From: Phaeosaccion multiseriatum | Taxonomy: Eukaryota > Protista > Ochrophyta, other classes | Assembly (NCBI GenBank): GCA_965112735.1 | Contig: OZ218959.1 | Location: forward strand, 744,001-808,000 | DNA length: 64,000 bases | Reading direction: 5' to 3' | In this document: positions 36,948-48,223 of the stretch, in pieces | How the letters are laid out: each line of letters starts with the position of its first letter | Numbering within the stretch: the first letter of the stretch is position 1 | Made by a program: the position numbers and the translations under genes | The notes under the pieces: generated by a model | What the model saw: only the letters and a program-made list of their open reading frames with translations | Told to the model about the DNA's origin: nothing | Database searches by the model: none

Positions 36948-38413
36948 GCGTGCGTCACAAATGCCGGCTTTGGGCATTTTTGGTCCCCGCACAGATACTC
37001 GCGCCAGATTAGGCCATTTGAGCCCATCCAAGGCCCCACTTGGCGCTGTTGTGGCAATGTAGTATCTCAGTTGGGCCTGTTGTGCTGAGCCAATGCCCGG
37101 CGTGGGCATGTTGTGGCCAGCCAATGCGTCGTTCGGGCTGTGTGTGCGCCACAAATGCTGGATTTGGGCATTTTTGGTCCCAGCACAGATGTTTGAGCCA
37201 GATTGGGCCATTTGAGCCCATCCAAGGCCCCACTTGGCGCTGTTGTGGCAATGTAGTATCTCAGTTGGGCCTTTTGTGCTGAGCCAATGCCCGGGGTGGG
37301 CATGTTGTGGCCAGCAAATGCGTCGTTCGGGCTGTGTGTGCGTCACAAATGCCGGCTTTGGGCATTTTTGGTCCCCGCACAGATACTCGCGCCAGATTAG
37401 GCCATTTGAGCCCATCCAAGGCCCCACTTGGCGCTGTTGTGGCAATGTAGTATCTCAGTTGGGCCTGTTGTGCTGAGCCAATGCCCGGCGTGGGCATGTT
37501 GTGGCCAGCAAACGCGTCGTTCGGGCTGTGTGTGCGCCACAAATGCCGGCTTTGGGCATTTTTGGTCCCAGCACAGATGCTTGAGCCAGATTGGGCCATT
37601 TGAGCCCATCCAAGGCCCCACTTGGCGCTGTTGTGGCAATGTAGTATCTCAGTTGGGCCTTTTGTGCTGAGCCAATGCCCGGCGTGGGCATGTTGTGGCC
37701 AGCAAACGCGTCGTTCGGGCTGTGTGTGCGCCACAAATGCCGGCTTTGGGCATTTTTGGTCCCAGCACAGATGCTTAAGCGAGATTGGGCCATTTGAGCC
37801 CATCCAAGGCCCCACTTGGCGCTGTTGTGGCAACGTAGTATCTCAGTTGGGCCTGTTGTGCTGAGCCAATGCCCGGCGTGGGCATGTTGTGGCCAGCCAA
37901 TGCGTCGTTCGGGCTGTGTGTGCGTCACAAATGCCGGCTTTGGGCATTTTTGGTCCCAGCACAGAGCCTGAATGGGCCATTTGAGCCCATCCAAGGCCCC
38001 ACTTGGCGCTGTGGTGGCAATGTAGTATCTCAGTTGGGCCTGTTGTGCTGAGCCAATGCCCGGCGTGGGCATGTTGTGGCCAGCAAACGCGTCGTTCGGG
38101 CTGTGTGTGCGCCACAAATGCCGGCTTTGGGCATTTTTGGTCCCAGCACAGATGCTTAAGCGAGATTGGGCCATTCGAGCCCATCCAAGGCCCCACTTGG
38201 CGCTGTGGTGGCAATGTAGTATCTCAGTTGGGCCTGTTGTGCTGAGCCAATGCCCGGCGTGGGCATGTTGTGGCCAGCAAACGCGTCGTTCGGGCTGTGT
38301 GTGCGCCACAAATGCCGGCTTTGGGCATTTTTGATCCCAGCACAGAGCCAGATTGGGCCATTTGAGCCCATCCAAGGCCCCACTTGGCGCTGTTGTGGCA
38401 ATGTAGTATCTCA
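36948..38413. repeat. Satellite block 4 (~7.5 monomers, 194/187 bp)
   Basis: Same unit. Confidence 0.97.
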
Positions 38414-38818
38414 TTCGCGCCGTGGTGGCGCTCGGGTGGGGGCGGGAATGCAGTGAGGGGCCTCCTCCCTTGTCGTCGGCGAGAGCCGGGGGAAGAACAG
38501 GTGCTCCTCAGTGTCGTCGCGGGAAGTGACGGACCTCAACATCCAGGGCGTCGCCAGCTGTGAGTGAGCAAGTTGGAGGGCTCCTCATCCACACAGTCGT
38601 CAGTTGTGAATGGGGCGCCGGTGAACCAAGGGCTGGGGATGTTGGGGGAAGGACTCTTCATTAGGAGAGTGCAGCCCTGTGAGGGGCTCCTTCTTCGGAG
38701 GCCAGTTGGTCTCAGAAGAAGGCCGCTTCCATCACAGAGGGCGGACACTGCATTTCGGATGTAGCGGAAGGTAGGGAAGTCACCATGGTGAGTGCCCTAC
38801 GCCCCGCTTCACCCCCTT

Positions 38819-39949
38819 TCATCCGTGTACCTGTGGGGGAGTCGTATCCGCCGTCAGCATGCGGCCCGCCCAGCCAAGAGCCTCCTGGACTGTCCTGTGG
38901 GCGTACTGGAAAGCTGTCGTCGACGACCAGCGCCCCCAAAACTGGAGTGCGCGCCAGTCTGCTCCGCCAGCTGCAAGGGCTGTAGCACCTCCACTCCGCA
39001 GGGAGTGAGCGCTGATCCGGTTAGAGTCCCTCCCAGTCCTCGTTGCCCCAGCCCTGAGGGCTCTGCTGACTTGGTGGGAAGTGACGGATGTCCTTCGCCC
39101 AGTCTCGTCGGTGTAGGAGGCGAGGAGAGTGTGCCCTTCCCCAACTTCTCGAGGGCGTACCTGCTCTCCGCCGAAGTGGCAGCGGAGTGCGTCCACAGCA
39201 GCAAGTACCGGGCAAAGCGTGGGGGCGCCTGTCCTCTGGTGCGTACGTGCCTCTCCCTTCCTGAACGCATCTGTCTTGCTGCCTGTGAAAGCCAAAGTCA
39301 CGCGCAGCATCCGCACCCCTCGGCCGACGGCTGCAAGGGCTTCTCTCCCTGAGTAGGCCCGGTTCGAGGCGTCTGTGAACGAGACATCGAGAGGGGTTAG
39401 GATGTAGCGCACGTCTGTGCTCCTCCTCGTATTGCAGGGGGCAAACTCGCTCACACGCATCAGAAAAAACCACCCCAACCGGATGAGCGCCCAGAGCATG
39501 GTACCCTTCCTCCCCTCCGTGCTGAGCACGCCTCTGGTAGCCTCTAGAAGAGCTACATCCACCGGAAGCTGCGGGATGGAGTCGCCATCGGTGAGTCTGT
39601 AACTCCGGAGAACCAACTGCACCTGCTTGCCCACCGCGGGGCCTTTCATCCCCTCCCGAGAAAACAGAGCATTCACGGCGGGTCCCTTCCCCTCCAACGT
39701 CGCCGCCTTGTTGCCCTTCTCCTCACGACACCACGCCAGAAAAGCCATGAAGGCTTCGGAGTTCCGGCGGTCATCGTCTCCGAAAAGTAGAGGTGGTACC
39801 TCCACTAGTTGGCAGAACTCCATCCATTGGCGTTGGACCGATGAGTAGCGATCCAGGGTGCTAGGGCGGAGACCGCTTGCTGCGGCTGCCCGAGCAGAGC
39901 TGAGAAGACCGCGTCCAAAACGATTGAGTCCGGCATGATTTGCGTCCAC
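38819..39949 (-). CDS. Tyrosine recombinase (Ngaro-2)
   Basis: R..HSLR..GRW..Y motifs; near-identical to 16675..17805. Confidence 0.92.
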   Translation of the reverse strand: MDANHAGLNRFGRGLLSSARAAAASGLRPSTLDRYSSVQRQWMEFCQLVEVPPLLFGDDDRRNSEAFMAFLAWCREEKGNKAATLEGKGPAVNALFSREGMKGPAVGKQVQLVLRSYRLTDGDSIPQLPVDVALLEATRGVLSTEGRKGTMLWALIRLGWFFLMRVSEFAPCNTRRSTDVRYILTPLDVSFTDASNRAYSGREALAAVGRGVRMLRVTLAFTGSKTDAFRKGEARTHQRTGAPTLCPVLAAVDALRCHFGGEQVRPREVGEGHTLLASYTDETGRRTSVTSHQVSRALRAGATRTGRDSNRISAHSLRSGGATALAAGGADWRALQFWGRWSSTTAFQYAHRTVQEALGWAGRMLTADTTPPQVHG

Positions 39950-42162
39950 TGAGTGAGGGGCTGTAGGTGAGGGGCAATGGGGGAGGAGCGGTCAGTTCCG
40001 ATGAGATTTTCAATCCAATCACGGCTGAGGTCATCGGGGATAAGGTTGATGCGTCCGGGGACATGGACGGTGTCGAGTCTGCACCGAGCACCGATCTCCA
40101 GGAGGCCCACCAGCCCTGCCAAGCCGTTGCTGATGGAGCTGTTGGGGGCCCCCTGGTTCTCTACCCAAGACAAGCTGCTGGTGTTGTCGCCACGCACTAG
40201 CACCGCTGAGAGGTCGAAAGCTGTTGGATGTTGGAGCCAGAAGGTGCAGAGGCCCGTAACGATCACGCCCATCTCCAAATCGTTTACAGTGATCAATTTC
40301 GGGACCGTATGGTGTCGGGCTACTACCTCCGCAGGCCAGCGCCACTGTGCGAACATGGAGGCCTCTGCCCATACAATTCCTCCCCCCCAGTCAGACGCGT
40401 CTCCGTCGAGGCAAACGTCCGGTTGGCGAGGCACCAGTAGCTCCAAAGGGCACACCAGGATAGAGGGATCTTTCACCCCCCACACGCAGATAAGATGCCG
40501 CCAGCGCTGGAGGTCGAAAAGGGCGTCGGCGTCCAGAAAGAGCTTCGTACGCCCGGCAAAACGACCCGTACCACAGCCTCGGGTGAGATTGGTGAGCTGA
40601 CGAAGCATGTAGCGGCCGGGGCGAATGCAGAAGCTGATGCTGCGGAGCTTGCCGATAAAAGATTGAAGCTCCTTCAGCGTGCAAACGGTGCGAGTAGGAG
40701 GCCACTCTGCCAACAGAGTGTGCAGTTCGGCGAGCTTGTCGGGACGCAAAGAGGCAGTGCCGGCCTCCGTGTCGATCATGATGCCCAAAACTCGCTGCAC
40801 GGAACGCCAGGGGCCCTCCTTCCCATGCTTCGCCAGATTGATGCAAGAGGAAACATGTGGATTTTCCCCAGGCCAGCCGAAGAGGTTGTAGTGCATCGCC
40901 GTGATGATTCTGCTGAGCTGGCGGAGGGAGGCAGCCCGCTCGGCGGAGGGGAGGCCCCGTCGAGCTGCTTTGGCGGCAATGAGGTCGTCGCCGTGAACCA
41001 CAGCATGGTGCTCTGGAATTTCCCCAACCGCCGTCGGAGTACCCCGTAACTGTCGCCGTTGGATTGGCCGTTGCTCCTCCACATCAATCAGCTCCATGCC
41101 CGGGATGAGGCCGTTGCAACAAGCAGGGATGACGAGATGAGTGGTGAGAGCCGTAGCGCAGATGACGGCGACGAGACTCTGGGCCAAGACGAAGTAGAAA
41201 GAGGGGCTAGAGCAAGGGCCAAATCCGCAGCGTAAGTCGAAAACGCACACTGCTCCAACGACCGAGCAGAAGAAAGGCCAGAGGCCGGCCTGACGGGAGT
41301 AGAAGATCCAGTTGAACGCAGAACTGACGTCGGTCTTGGAGATGAGAATATCCCACTCGGAGGGGTCGAGAGAAAGGCTCCGCCGAACCAAGTTAGTGAG
41401 GAATTCCGTTAAAGCGTCGTGGCCCTTCATGTTGACTAAAGCCTCCTTGTCGGTCTGGCTGTTGGACGTAGGCTCTCCGTCGGAAGAGGCGAAGGTGGGG
41501 TCGGTGATGAGGCGCCACTCGCCGCTCTTCTTTTGGAGGAGGCCGAGGGGGTTGGGGCGCAAACCCGGAAAAATCTGGCGCGCCAGCTCCACCGGTACCA
41601 GCAACACTTTCCCCTCCAACGAGCTAGTCACAGCGAGGTCCTCCAGCACCGTAGGATGCTCTCGTCCCGAGGGGTGGTTCCCGTACGCGTCTCGTTGGGC
41701 GGAAGGGACGGAGAAGAAGGTGCCAGGGACGGTGGCACCGTTGGTGGTAAGCTCATGGAGATGTGACCATAAAGGGACGTTGCCGAAGTAGCGCTCAATC
41801 CGTGCGGCGTCGAAGTAGGTGGGAGCGAAGGGAGGGCCTAGCCAAGCAAGGTAGGCCCCCAAGTCTCCGTGGAAGGCGATGAGGCCACGACCGTGGAGCT
41901 CGACGACGGAAGATGAAAAACTTTTCTCCCCATTGGCGCGGCGTCCAAATGCTGCGTCACTGAGGAAAGTCCGCTCCACCCACGCCCGATCAGCAGGCCT
42001 TTGGTAGCACGGGACTTCGGGGGGCCGACGAGGCGGCCGTTCCGACCCTCGAGTAGCCAAGCCGCTCACCCACGTGTGCTCCGGAGGGCGGCGTGGGGGC
42101 CGGCCCTCGTTCCCCTCAGGGCCCTCTCCCCCAATCCCTGAAGGCACGATGAGAGGTGACAC
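39805..42162 (-). CDS. Reverse transcriptase-RNase H (DIRS/Ngaro type)
   Basis: WRLITDPT, KTDVSSAF, FGPCSSP, HGDD, LGIMIDT, RNase H motifs. Confidence 0.9.
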   Translation of the reverse strand: MSPLIVPSGIGGEGPEGNEGRPPRRPPEHTWVSGLATRGSERPPRRPPEVPCYQRPADRAWVERTFLSDAAFGRRANGEKSFSSSVVELHGRGLIAFHGDLGAYLAWLGPPFAPTYFDAARIERYFGNVPLWSHLHELTTNGATVPGTFFSVPSAQRDAYGNHPSGREHPTVLEDLAVTSSLEGKVLLVPVELARQIFPGLRPNPLGLLQKKSGEWRLITDPTFASSDGEPTSNSQTDKEALVNMKGHDALTEFLTNLVRRSLSLDPSEWDILISKTDVSSAFNWIFYSRQAGLWPFFCSVVGAVCVFDLRCGFGPCSSPSFYFVLAQSLVAVICATALTTHLVIPACCNGLIPGMELIDVEEQRPIQRRQLRGTPTAVGEIPEHHAVVHGDDLIAAKAARRGLPSAERAASLRQLSRIITAMHYNLFGWPGENPHVSSCINLAKHGKEGPWRSVQRVLGIMIDTEAGTASLRPDKLAELHTLLAEWPPTRTVCTLKELQSFIGKLRSISFCIRPGRYMLRQLTNLTRGCGTGRFAGRTKLFLDADALFDLQRWRHLICVWGVKDPSILVCPLELLVPRQPDVCLDGDASDWGGGIVWAEASMFAQWRWPAEVVARHHTVPKLITVNDLEMGVIVTGLCTFWLQHPTAFDLSAVLVRGDNTSSLSWVENQGAPNSSISNGLAGLVGLLEIGARCRLDTVHVPGRINLIPDDLSRDWIENLIGTDRSSPIAPHLQPLTQWTQIMPDSIVLDAVFSALLGQPQQAVSALAPWIATHRSNANGWSSAN

Positions 42163-42177
42163 CGTGCCAGGGCCCCC

Positions 42178-44094
42178 TCACCACCACGGTACCGTTGGAA
42201 GGCCGCCAAGGCGAAGAGCGATGTTGGTGGCGTGGGACTTCTCCGCAGTGGTAGGGGCTTTGGGATCCCGCATGCCGCTCTTAAGGTGAGAGACGGCTGA
42301 GTTCTTCTGGGGAGTAGAGAGGGATCCAGGGGCACAGGGCGCGAAAGAGCATGAGCCAGACAAAGCTTCAGTGCACGACTGGGTCTTGAGCAGGGTGATA
42401 CAGGGCTTGAGGGCGCCATTCCCACGTGCTCCTCCCCCTCCATTGCCGTTGCGTGTCCCCCCCAAGTCCACATCACGCAGGAGGCACGTGAGAAGACCAC
42501 GTTGGACGATGAGAGCCGCTGGGGAAGCGTAGTGGTCGAGCAGAGCGTGAAGAGAGAAGACAGGAGCGGTGTCGTAGGAAGCGGGCGGGAGGCTTTGGCA
42601 GCTGAGCCACTTAGCTGAGGTGGTGGAGTGGAGGTCGAGCAGAGGGTTGGTGGTGGAGCACAGGATGTCGGGAGGCATCCCTAGCGCCGAGGAGTCGCTG
42701 CGTGTGCAGAGTTCGTCGAGGGTCGTAGAGAACTCGTCGAACTCGTCGATAATGTTGGTGTTCTCGGGGTAGACCAGACGGATGACGCTGACGAAGTTGT
42801 CGACGGTGGTCCGGAGAGCAGCGAAAGAGCGAGGGAGAGGGCGGGCGACCGTAGGGAGAGCGACGACTGCGCCACCTGCTTCTGCGCTCGAGCGTTGGAG
42901 GTCCGAGTGCTCCAAGCGTAGAGCGGCGTTAAGCGCCGTGGTGCGCTCGCGAGGGGTGCAGCATTGGAGCTCAAAACCATCGGGGATGCCAAACCGTCCT
43001 TGAAGGAGCCCCGTGATCGCTTTTGGGTCGAACGCGACGTCTCGCGGGCCCATGAGCGTCTGCACTGCGGCCGTGACGCCGTGAGCTCCTTGGCGACGAA
43101 CGTGAGAGACCTTGCCACCGTTAAGTAGGATAGCTAATGGGGCGACGGATTTACCTTTGTCTTCGCGGGTCGTGGTGGCGGAGGTGGCCGCTGTAGCCTT
43201 GGCCTCAGCGAGGCGAAGCTGCGCCAGCTCAGTCTCCGCTGTACGTTTTTCTAACTCGAGCTTATCCTCTGCTTCCGCGCGTTGACGCTCACGATCTCGA
43301 AGAAAACGACGATGCTCGCGCTCAGCTGCTTCCTCCTCCTGGATTGCGAGAAGGGCCGCCGCCGAGAGGGGGGCCGAAGGCGAACGAGAGGAAGGTTGGG
43401 GAGGCAGGTGGGGCGGAGAGGAGGCGGCGCGGAGTGCTGCCGATGTAGATGTCTGAACCTTGGGCTCCGGATGAAGACGAGCAGGGCCCGCAGGAAGAGA
43501 CGTGGTAGAAGTGGTAGGGAAGAGGGTGTGGAGGAGTGAGGCTGAAGGTGCCGATTGGGCTACAACGCCTACCGTGGCGAGGTCTGCGAACGTTGAAGCG
43601 GTCGCGAGGTGCCAGCGAACGGATTCCTCTGCCGGTGAAGTAAGCAGAGAAGAGATTTCACTCGGAGGGTTGGTGGAGGCCACCGCAAGCCACTCCTCCC
43701 AGACGTCTTGAGCGTAGATGATGTCGTCCGTGGGAAGGGAGAGGACGTAGTAGGTGGCCTCCATGTAGTGACTTTTCCCCGAGCGAACCAGAATTGCTGG
43801 CCGAAAGGAAGCCTTAGACGACTTGTCCTTGTAGATGACGAACGCTGCTTCTCCGTTGTTGGGACGGTGGTCGGCGACCCAAAGGAGCCTCGTGGCGTCC
43901 GAGGGAGTGCCAAGAGGTGACATGGTAGGAAAAACTTTGGTTGTCTGGTGGCGTGCACGTGGGCCACACCCCCCAAAGCATTGGGCCACGGGAGAGAGAG
44001 GAGGAGGCGGAGAGGGTAGTAGGACGTCAGAGGGGGTCCTACTGCGATAGGCTGGTGGTGTGGAAAGGGCGAAGAGGGCAAAAGGCGCCGGCAC
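42178..44094 (-). CDS. Gag-like ORF1 of Ngaro-2 (start probably at the internal ATG ~43923)
   Basis: Position upstream of RT, coiled coil, C-terminal Cys cluster. Confidence 0.7.
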   Translation of the reverse strand: MPAPFALFALSTPPAYRSRTPSDVLLPSPPPPLSPVAQCFGGCGPRARHQTTKVFPTMSPLGTPSDATRLLWVADHRPNNGEAAFVIYKDKSSKASFRPAILVRSGKSHYMEATYYVLSLPTDDIIYAQDVWEEWLAVASTNPPSEISSLLTSPAEESVRWHLATASTFADLATVGVVAQSAPSASLLHTLFPTTSTTSLPAGPARLHPEPKVQTSTSAALRAASSPPHLPPQPSSRSPSAPLSAAALLAIQEEEAAEREHRRFLRDRERQRAEAEDKLELEKRTAETELAQLRLAEAKATAATSATTTREDKGKSVAPLAILLNGGKVSHVRRQGAHGVTAAVQTLMGPRDVAFDPKAITGLLQGRFGIPDGFELQCCTPRERTTALNAALRLEHSDLQRSSAEAGGAVVALPTVARPLPRSFAALRTTVDNFVSVIRLVYPENTNIIDEFDEFSTTLDELCTRSDSSALGMPPDILCSTTNPLLDLHSTTSAKWLSCQSLPPASYDTAPVFSLHALLDHYASPAALIVQRGLLTCLLRDVDLGGTRNGNGGGGARGNGALKPCITLLKTQSCTEALSGSCSFAPCAPGSLSTPQKNSAVSHLKSGMRDPKAPTTAEKSHATNIALRLGGLPTVPWW

Positions 44095-44512
44095 TCAACA
44101 CCGGGGAGGCGGTCGGCACTCAACACCAGACACCGCTCCTAAGCCGTAGAGCCCCACAACACCGGCAAAGGGAAAGAAAAGAAGAGTTCCGGCACTCAAC
44201 ACCGTGGAGACTGTCGGCACTCAACACCAGATACAGTCTCCCTATCTCTCCTTCCCTCGCCCACGAGGACCCCGGCTCTCAACACCAGGCGGGTCCCCTT
44301 GGCCAACACGAAGCTCTCTGTCCGGGCCCAGGACTGAGGCTCGCTTTCCACTACCCCAGTATCTACCTCTCCTCCTTGGCAGTGTGTCCCGCCTTACCTG
44401 TGCACTGTCTCCGTTGCTTCAGTAGGCGGCAACACACTCCAAGGCTCCTCCTCTTCTAAATTCCTAAGTTTGGTACAAGAGTAATATCTGCAAGTATATG
44501 GGTTTTCCCCGG

Positions 44513-45303
44513 TCTCAGTTGGGCCTGTTGTGCTGAGCCAATGCCCGGCGTGGGCATGTTGTGGCCAGCAAACGCGTCGTTCGGGCTGTTTGTGCGCCAC
44601 AAATGCCGGCTTTGGGCATTTTTGATCCCAGCACAGAGCCAGATTGGGCCATTTGAGCCCATCCAAGGCCCCACTTGGCGCTGTTGTGGCAATGTAGTAT
44701 CTCAGTTGGGCCTGTTGTGCTGAGCCAATGCCCGGCGTGGGCATGTTGTGGCCAGCAAATGCGGCGTTCGGGCTGTGTGTGCGCCACAAATGCCGGCTTT
44801 GGGCATTTTTGATCCCAGCACAGAGCCAGATTGGGCCATTTGAGCCCATCCAAGGCCCCACTTGGCGCTGTTGTGGCAATGTAGTATCTCAGTTGGGCCT
44901 GTTGTGCTGAGCCAATGCCCGGCGTGGGCATGTTGTGGCCAGCAAGCGCGTCGTTCGGGCTGTGTGTGCGCCACAAATGCCGGCTTTGGGCATTTTTGGT
45001 CCCAGCACAGATGCTCGCGCCAGATTAGGCCATTTGAGCCCATCCAAGGCCCCACTTGGCGCTGTTGTGGCAATGTAGTATCTCAGTTGGGCCTGTTGTG
45101 CTGAGCCAATGCCCGGCGTGGGCATGTTGTGGCCAGCAAACGCGTCGTTCGGGCTGTGTGTGCGCCACAAATGCCGGCTTTGGGCATTTTTGATCCCAGC
45201 ACAGAGCCAGATTGGGCCATTTGAGCCCATCCAAGGCCCCACTTGGCGCTGTTGTGGCAATGTAGTATCTCAGTTGGGCCTGTTGTGCTGAGCCAATGCC
45301 CGG
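44513..45303. repeat. Satellite block 5 (~4 monomers)
   Basis: Same unit. Confidence 0.97.
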
Positions 45304-46923
45304 TGTGGAGTCTCAAAGGTGTTTGGTATGTTCGAATCCAGATTGTCGCCAGTTGGGGAACGTACGCCTCATATGAACGGCATGTCGCAGGAGGAGGATA
45401 GATATGAAAGTAGATTGATAAGGAAAGCCAATACACGCTCAACATAGGATACGAACCCCTTGCTTGTTGGTTGTCTGGGGTGTGTGGTCTGTCCCACATC
45501 CCAGGGCCATCTGACCGCGTCGCTGCGCAAAAGATTCAAGTGGATGCCAGGGGATGTTGGGTTCATCGTCTTAAGTGCGGCCTTCCTCTCCTCGTCTATC
45601 GAGACAAACGGAAACGCGGCGCGCCTTTAGGTGGGGCGGGGGTACAGCAGCGCCTCGTGGTTCCTTCGCCTTGGAGGCCCTTGGTCTTGGATTCTTGCCA
45701 CGCTTCCCCTTGGGCTGGACATTACGGTGTTGTGAAAATGTTTGATACTTTGAGCAGGCACTACCACTGGCCGACAATGGAGCAAGACTGTTCATGGTGG
45801 AAGCGCCGCTGTTTGCAGTGTCAGGCACGTGATGGCGCGCTCGGCGTCCGGCGCATCAGCTGGCCTATCGCTTTGAGTGAGATGCCTACTCGCCCGTGGC
45901 AACATACGTCGGTGGACTACTTTGGCCCTTTGCCCACGACTACGGAGGGGCATTTCCAGTACATCCTCGTCGTTCGTGATCGCTATAGCGGCTACATCGA
46001 GCTTTACCCTGTGACGCAATCCAAATACACAGCTCAGGGCACAGCGGAGCTTTTGGTGGATGGTGTCATCGCTCGCCATGGCGCACCCTCTACGATTCTG
46101 AGCGACATGGGGAGTCAATTCACTGCACACGTTGCTGAAGAGGTGTTCGCGATGATGAAGGTGAGGCACTTGCACACTACTGCCTATCACGCTATGAGCA
46201 ATGGTTCTGCGGAGTCGTTCATGAAAGTTTTGGCCCGTGGTTTGAGCATGCTAGTTTGCGACTTTCAGAGTGATTGGCATCTTTTTCTGCCGCACATTGC
46301 GAGGGCATACAACTGGTCAAGGCAAGCCGGTAGAGGTATTTCTCCGTATGAGATTTGTCATGGGAGAGCACCGCGCTTCCCTTTGCCTTTGTTGGAGCGT
46401 GATTTGGATTCCTTCCTCTGCCCGGACATTCTCGATGTTGGTGATACTGACTTCCTTGTGAGACTTCGTGAGCGTTTGTTGGCGGCAGACAAGTACATTC
46501 GTGCGACGCATGCTGCGGCTGAACGGAGGAATTCCAAGCGCACGGAGGAAATCCTTAGTGGGACCAAGCGTGTGACTTCTTCTCGCCGTTCTGCCGATAT
46601 TTCCGATGCTTTCAAGCTACGTAAGTTGCCTTTCAAGGTTGGCGATTACGTTTACGTCTATGACCCCCGGGGTACGTTTGTTGGGCCTGATGGGCGGTCT
46701 AGAGCGGGATGTGGAGTCTCAAAGGTGTTTGGTATGTTCGAATCCGGATTGTCGCCATTTGGGGAACACGTGCTTCATGTGAACGGCATGTCGCAGGAGG
46801 AGGATAGATAAGGAAGTGAGATTGATAAGGAAAGCTAATACACGCTCAACATAGGATAAGAATCCCTTTGCTTGTTGGTTGTCTGGGGTGTGTGGTCCGT
46901 CCCATATTCCAGGTGGCTCAACT

Positions 46924-46940
46924 TGGTGGAAGCTGAGGGA
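46924..46940 (+). promoter_or_regulatory. Primer-binding site of family A (possibly tRNA-Ala)
   Basis: tggtggaagctgaggga 3 nt after the LTR; the complement ends UCC-A-CCA, compatible with the G3:U70 Ala identity pair (inference). Confidence 0.7.
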
Positions 46941-46948
46941 TTTTCCTT

Positions 46949-48223
46949 TTGTTGGTGTTGCGTGGCTGTAGCAGACAAAGACTAGAACGATGGCGATTGC
47001 ACAGCAGGATGGTTGGATTGGATTCTCCTCGTAGCAGTGATGACCAGCTTTGGTTTCAGCAGCATGTATTGCGGTTGCATCAGCTGTCTATGCAGTTCGT
47101 GGAACAGTGGATGCAACAGACAAAGGCAGAGTCGTTGCGTGAGGACCGAAGAAAGGCTTTGTGTTCGCAGAAAGTAGCACAGCATGGGGATACGCCAGCA
47201 TCGCTGTCTTGTGATGAGGCACTGGACATGCATAGCTTTTACGCTCCGTCCAAGGCGGACGAGGGCGGGGAAGCAACAGGAATCGCAATGGAGCGAAGTA
47301 TTTTGGAAATTGAGGGAGAGGAAGCCACGCTTGGAGATGCGGAAATAGCCGCAGAGAACGCCGACGCCCCGCTTGGAACAGCGGAACTTGCCATAGAGAA
47401 CGCCGACGCCCCGCTTGGAGCAGGGGAAATTGCCATAGAACACGCACCGCTTGGAGAAGCGGATACAGCCATAGAGACAGCCCCGCTTGGAGAAGCGGAT
47501 AAAGCCATAGAGAACGCCCCGCTTGGAGAAGCGGATACAGCCATAGAGAACGCCCCGCTTGGCGCAACGGATATAACCATAGAGACAGCCCCGCTTGGAG
47601 AAGCGGAATTTAGCAGCAACGCTACAGCAACAGCAATAAGTGATTCGCCCCAGCCTACTATCGATGCACACGGGCCGCACGGGAGTACGGCCAGCGGGGG
47701 TAGTGGGAGTGAGTGCATTAGTCGCAAAAGGATAGCCGGAAGGTGGCATTGTGTTCATCTTCCTCGCCCCTGGAGAGTTTTTGCGCGAGAGAAGGACGGC
47801 AGCAGTGGTGCAATTGGGCTCTCAGGACAAGCAGCTACAGCAAGGCAGTTAGTACGAGCATCAGCGGTGACAGCATGGATACGAAGGCAGCTATTCGGGC
47901 TGTTGGAAGGAACCGGGGAGCACTTTGATGGTGGTTGGCGCCTTGAGTTTGCGTGTGGAGCGGATATTGAACCTGTGGCCAGAACAGCGAAGCGAAGAGC
48001 GACAGGAGGGGCGCAGCATGCAAGGGAGGCATTGGGAATTGGAAGGCGGCATTGGGAGTGTAAGGCGTTTGCATTTCGGGAGGTACAGCAGCATTTGGTG
48101 GCCATCTACGGGGTGTGCGGAGATGCCCGTCGTCCGGTGCTGAAGGGAATTGGGGCATTTGAGCAGTGTGGCTACTTATCTGCCATGGACGGCGGAGGCA
48201 TGCCGTTTGGTCGTTCACAATAG
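46949..48223 (+). CDS. Third copy of the unknown repeat ORF (424 aa)
   Basis: Paralog with in-frame indels. Confidence 0.4.
   Translation: MLVLRGCSRQRLERWRLHSRMVGLDSPRSSDDQLWFQQHVLRLHQLSMQFVEQWMQQTKAESLREDRRKALCSQKVAQHGDTPASLSCDEALDMHSFYAPSKADEGGEATGIAMERSILEIEGEEATLGDAEIAAENADAPLGTAELAIENADAPLGAGEIAIEHAPLGEADTAIETAPLGEADKAIENAPLGEADTAIENAPLGATDITIETAPLGEAEFSSNATATAISDSPQPTIDAHGPHGSTASGGSGSECISRKRIAGRWHCVHLPRPWRVFAREKDGSSGAIGLSGQAATARQLVRASAVTAWIRRQLFGLLEGTGEHFDGGWRLEFACGADIEPVARTAKRRATGGAQHAREALGIGRRHWECKAFAFREVQQHLVAIYGVCGDARRPVLKGIGAFEQCGYLSAMDGGGMPFGRSQ

Larger units (their letters stand above)
38414..44512 (-). mobile_element. Ngaro family 2 copy b: truncated A1, gag, RT-RH, YR, single B; 5-bp duplication tctca
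   Basis: Three ORFs; B repeat 38414-~38815; A repeat ~44170-44512 lacking its first ~130 bp; tctca at 38409-38413 and 44513-44517. Confidence 0.92.
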
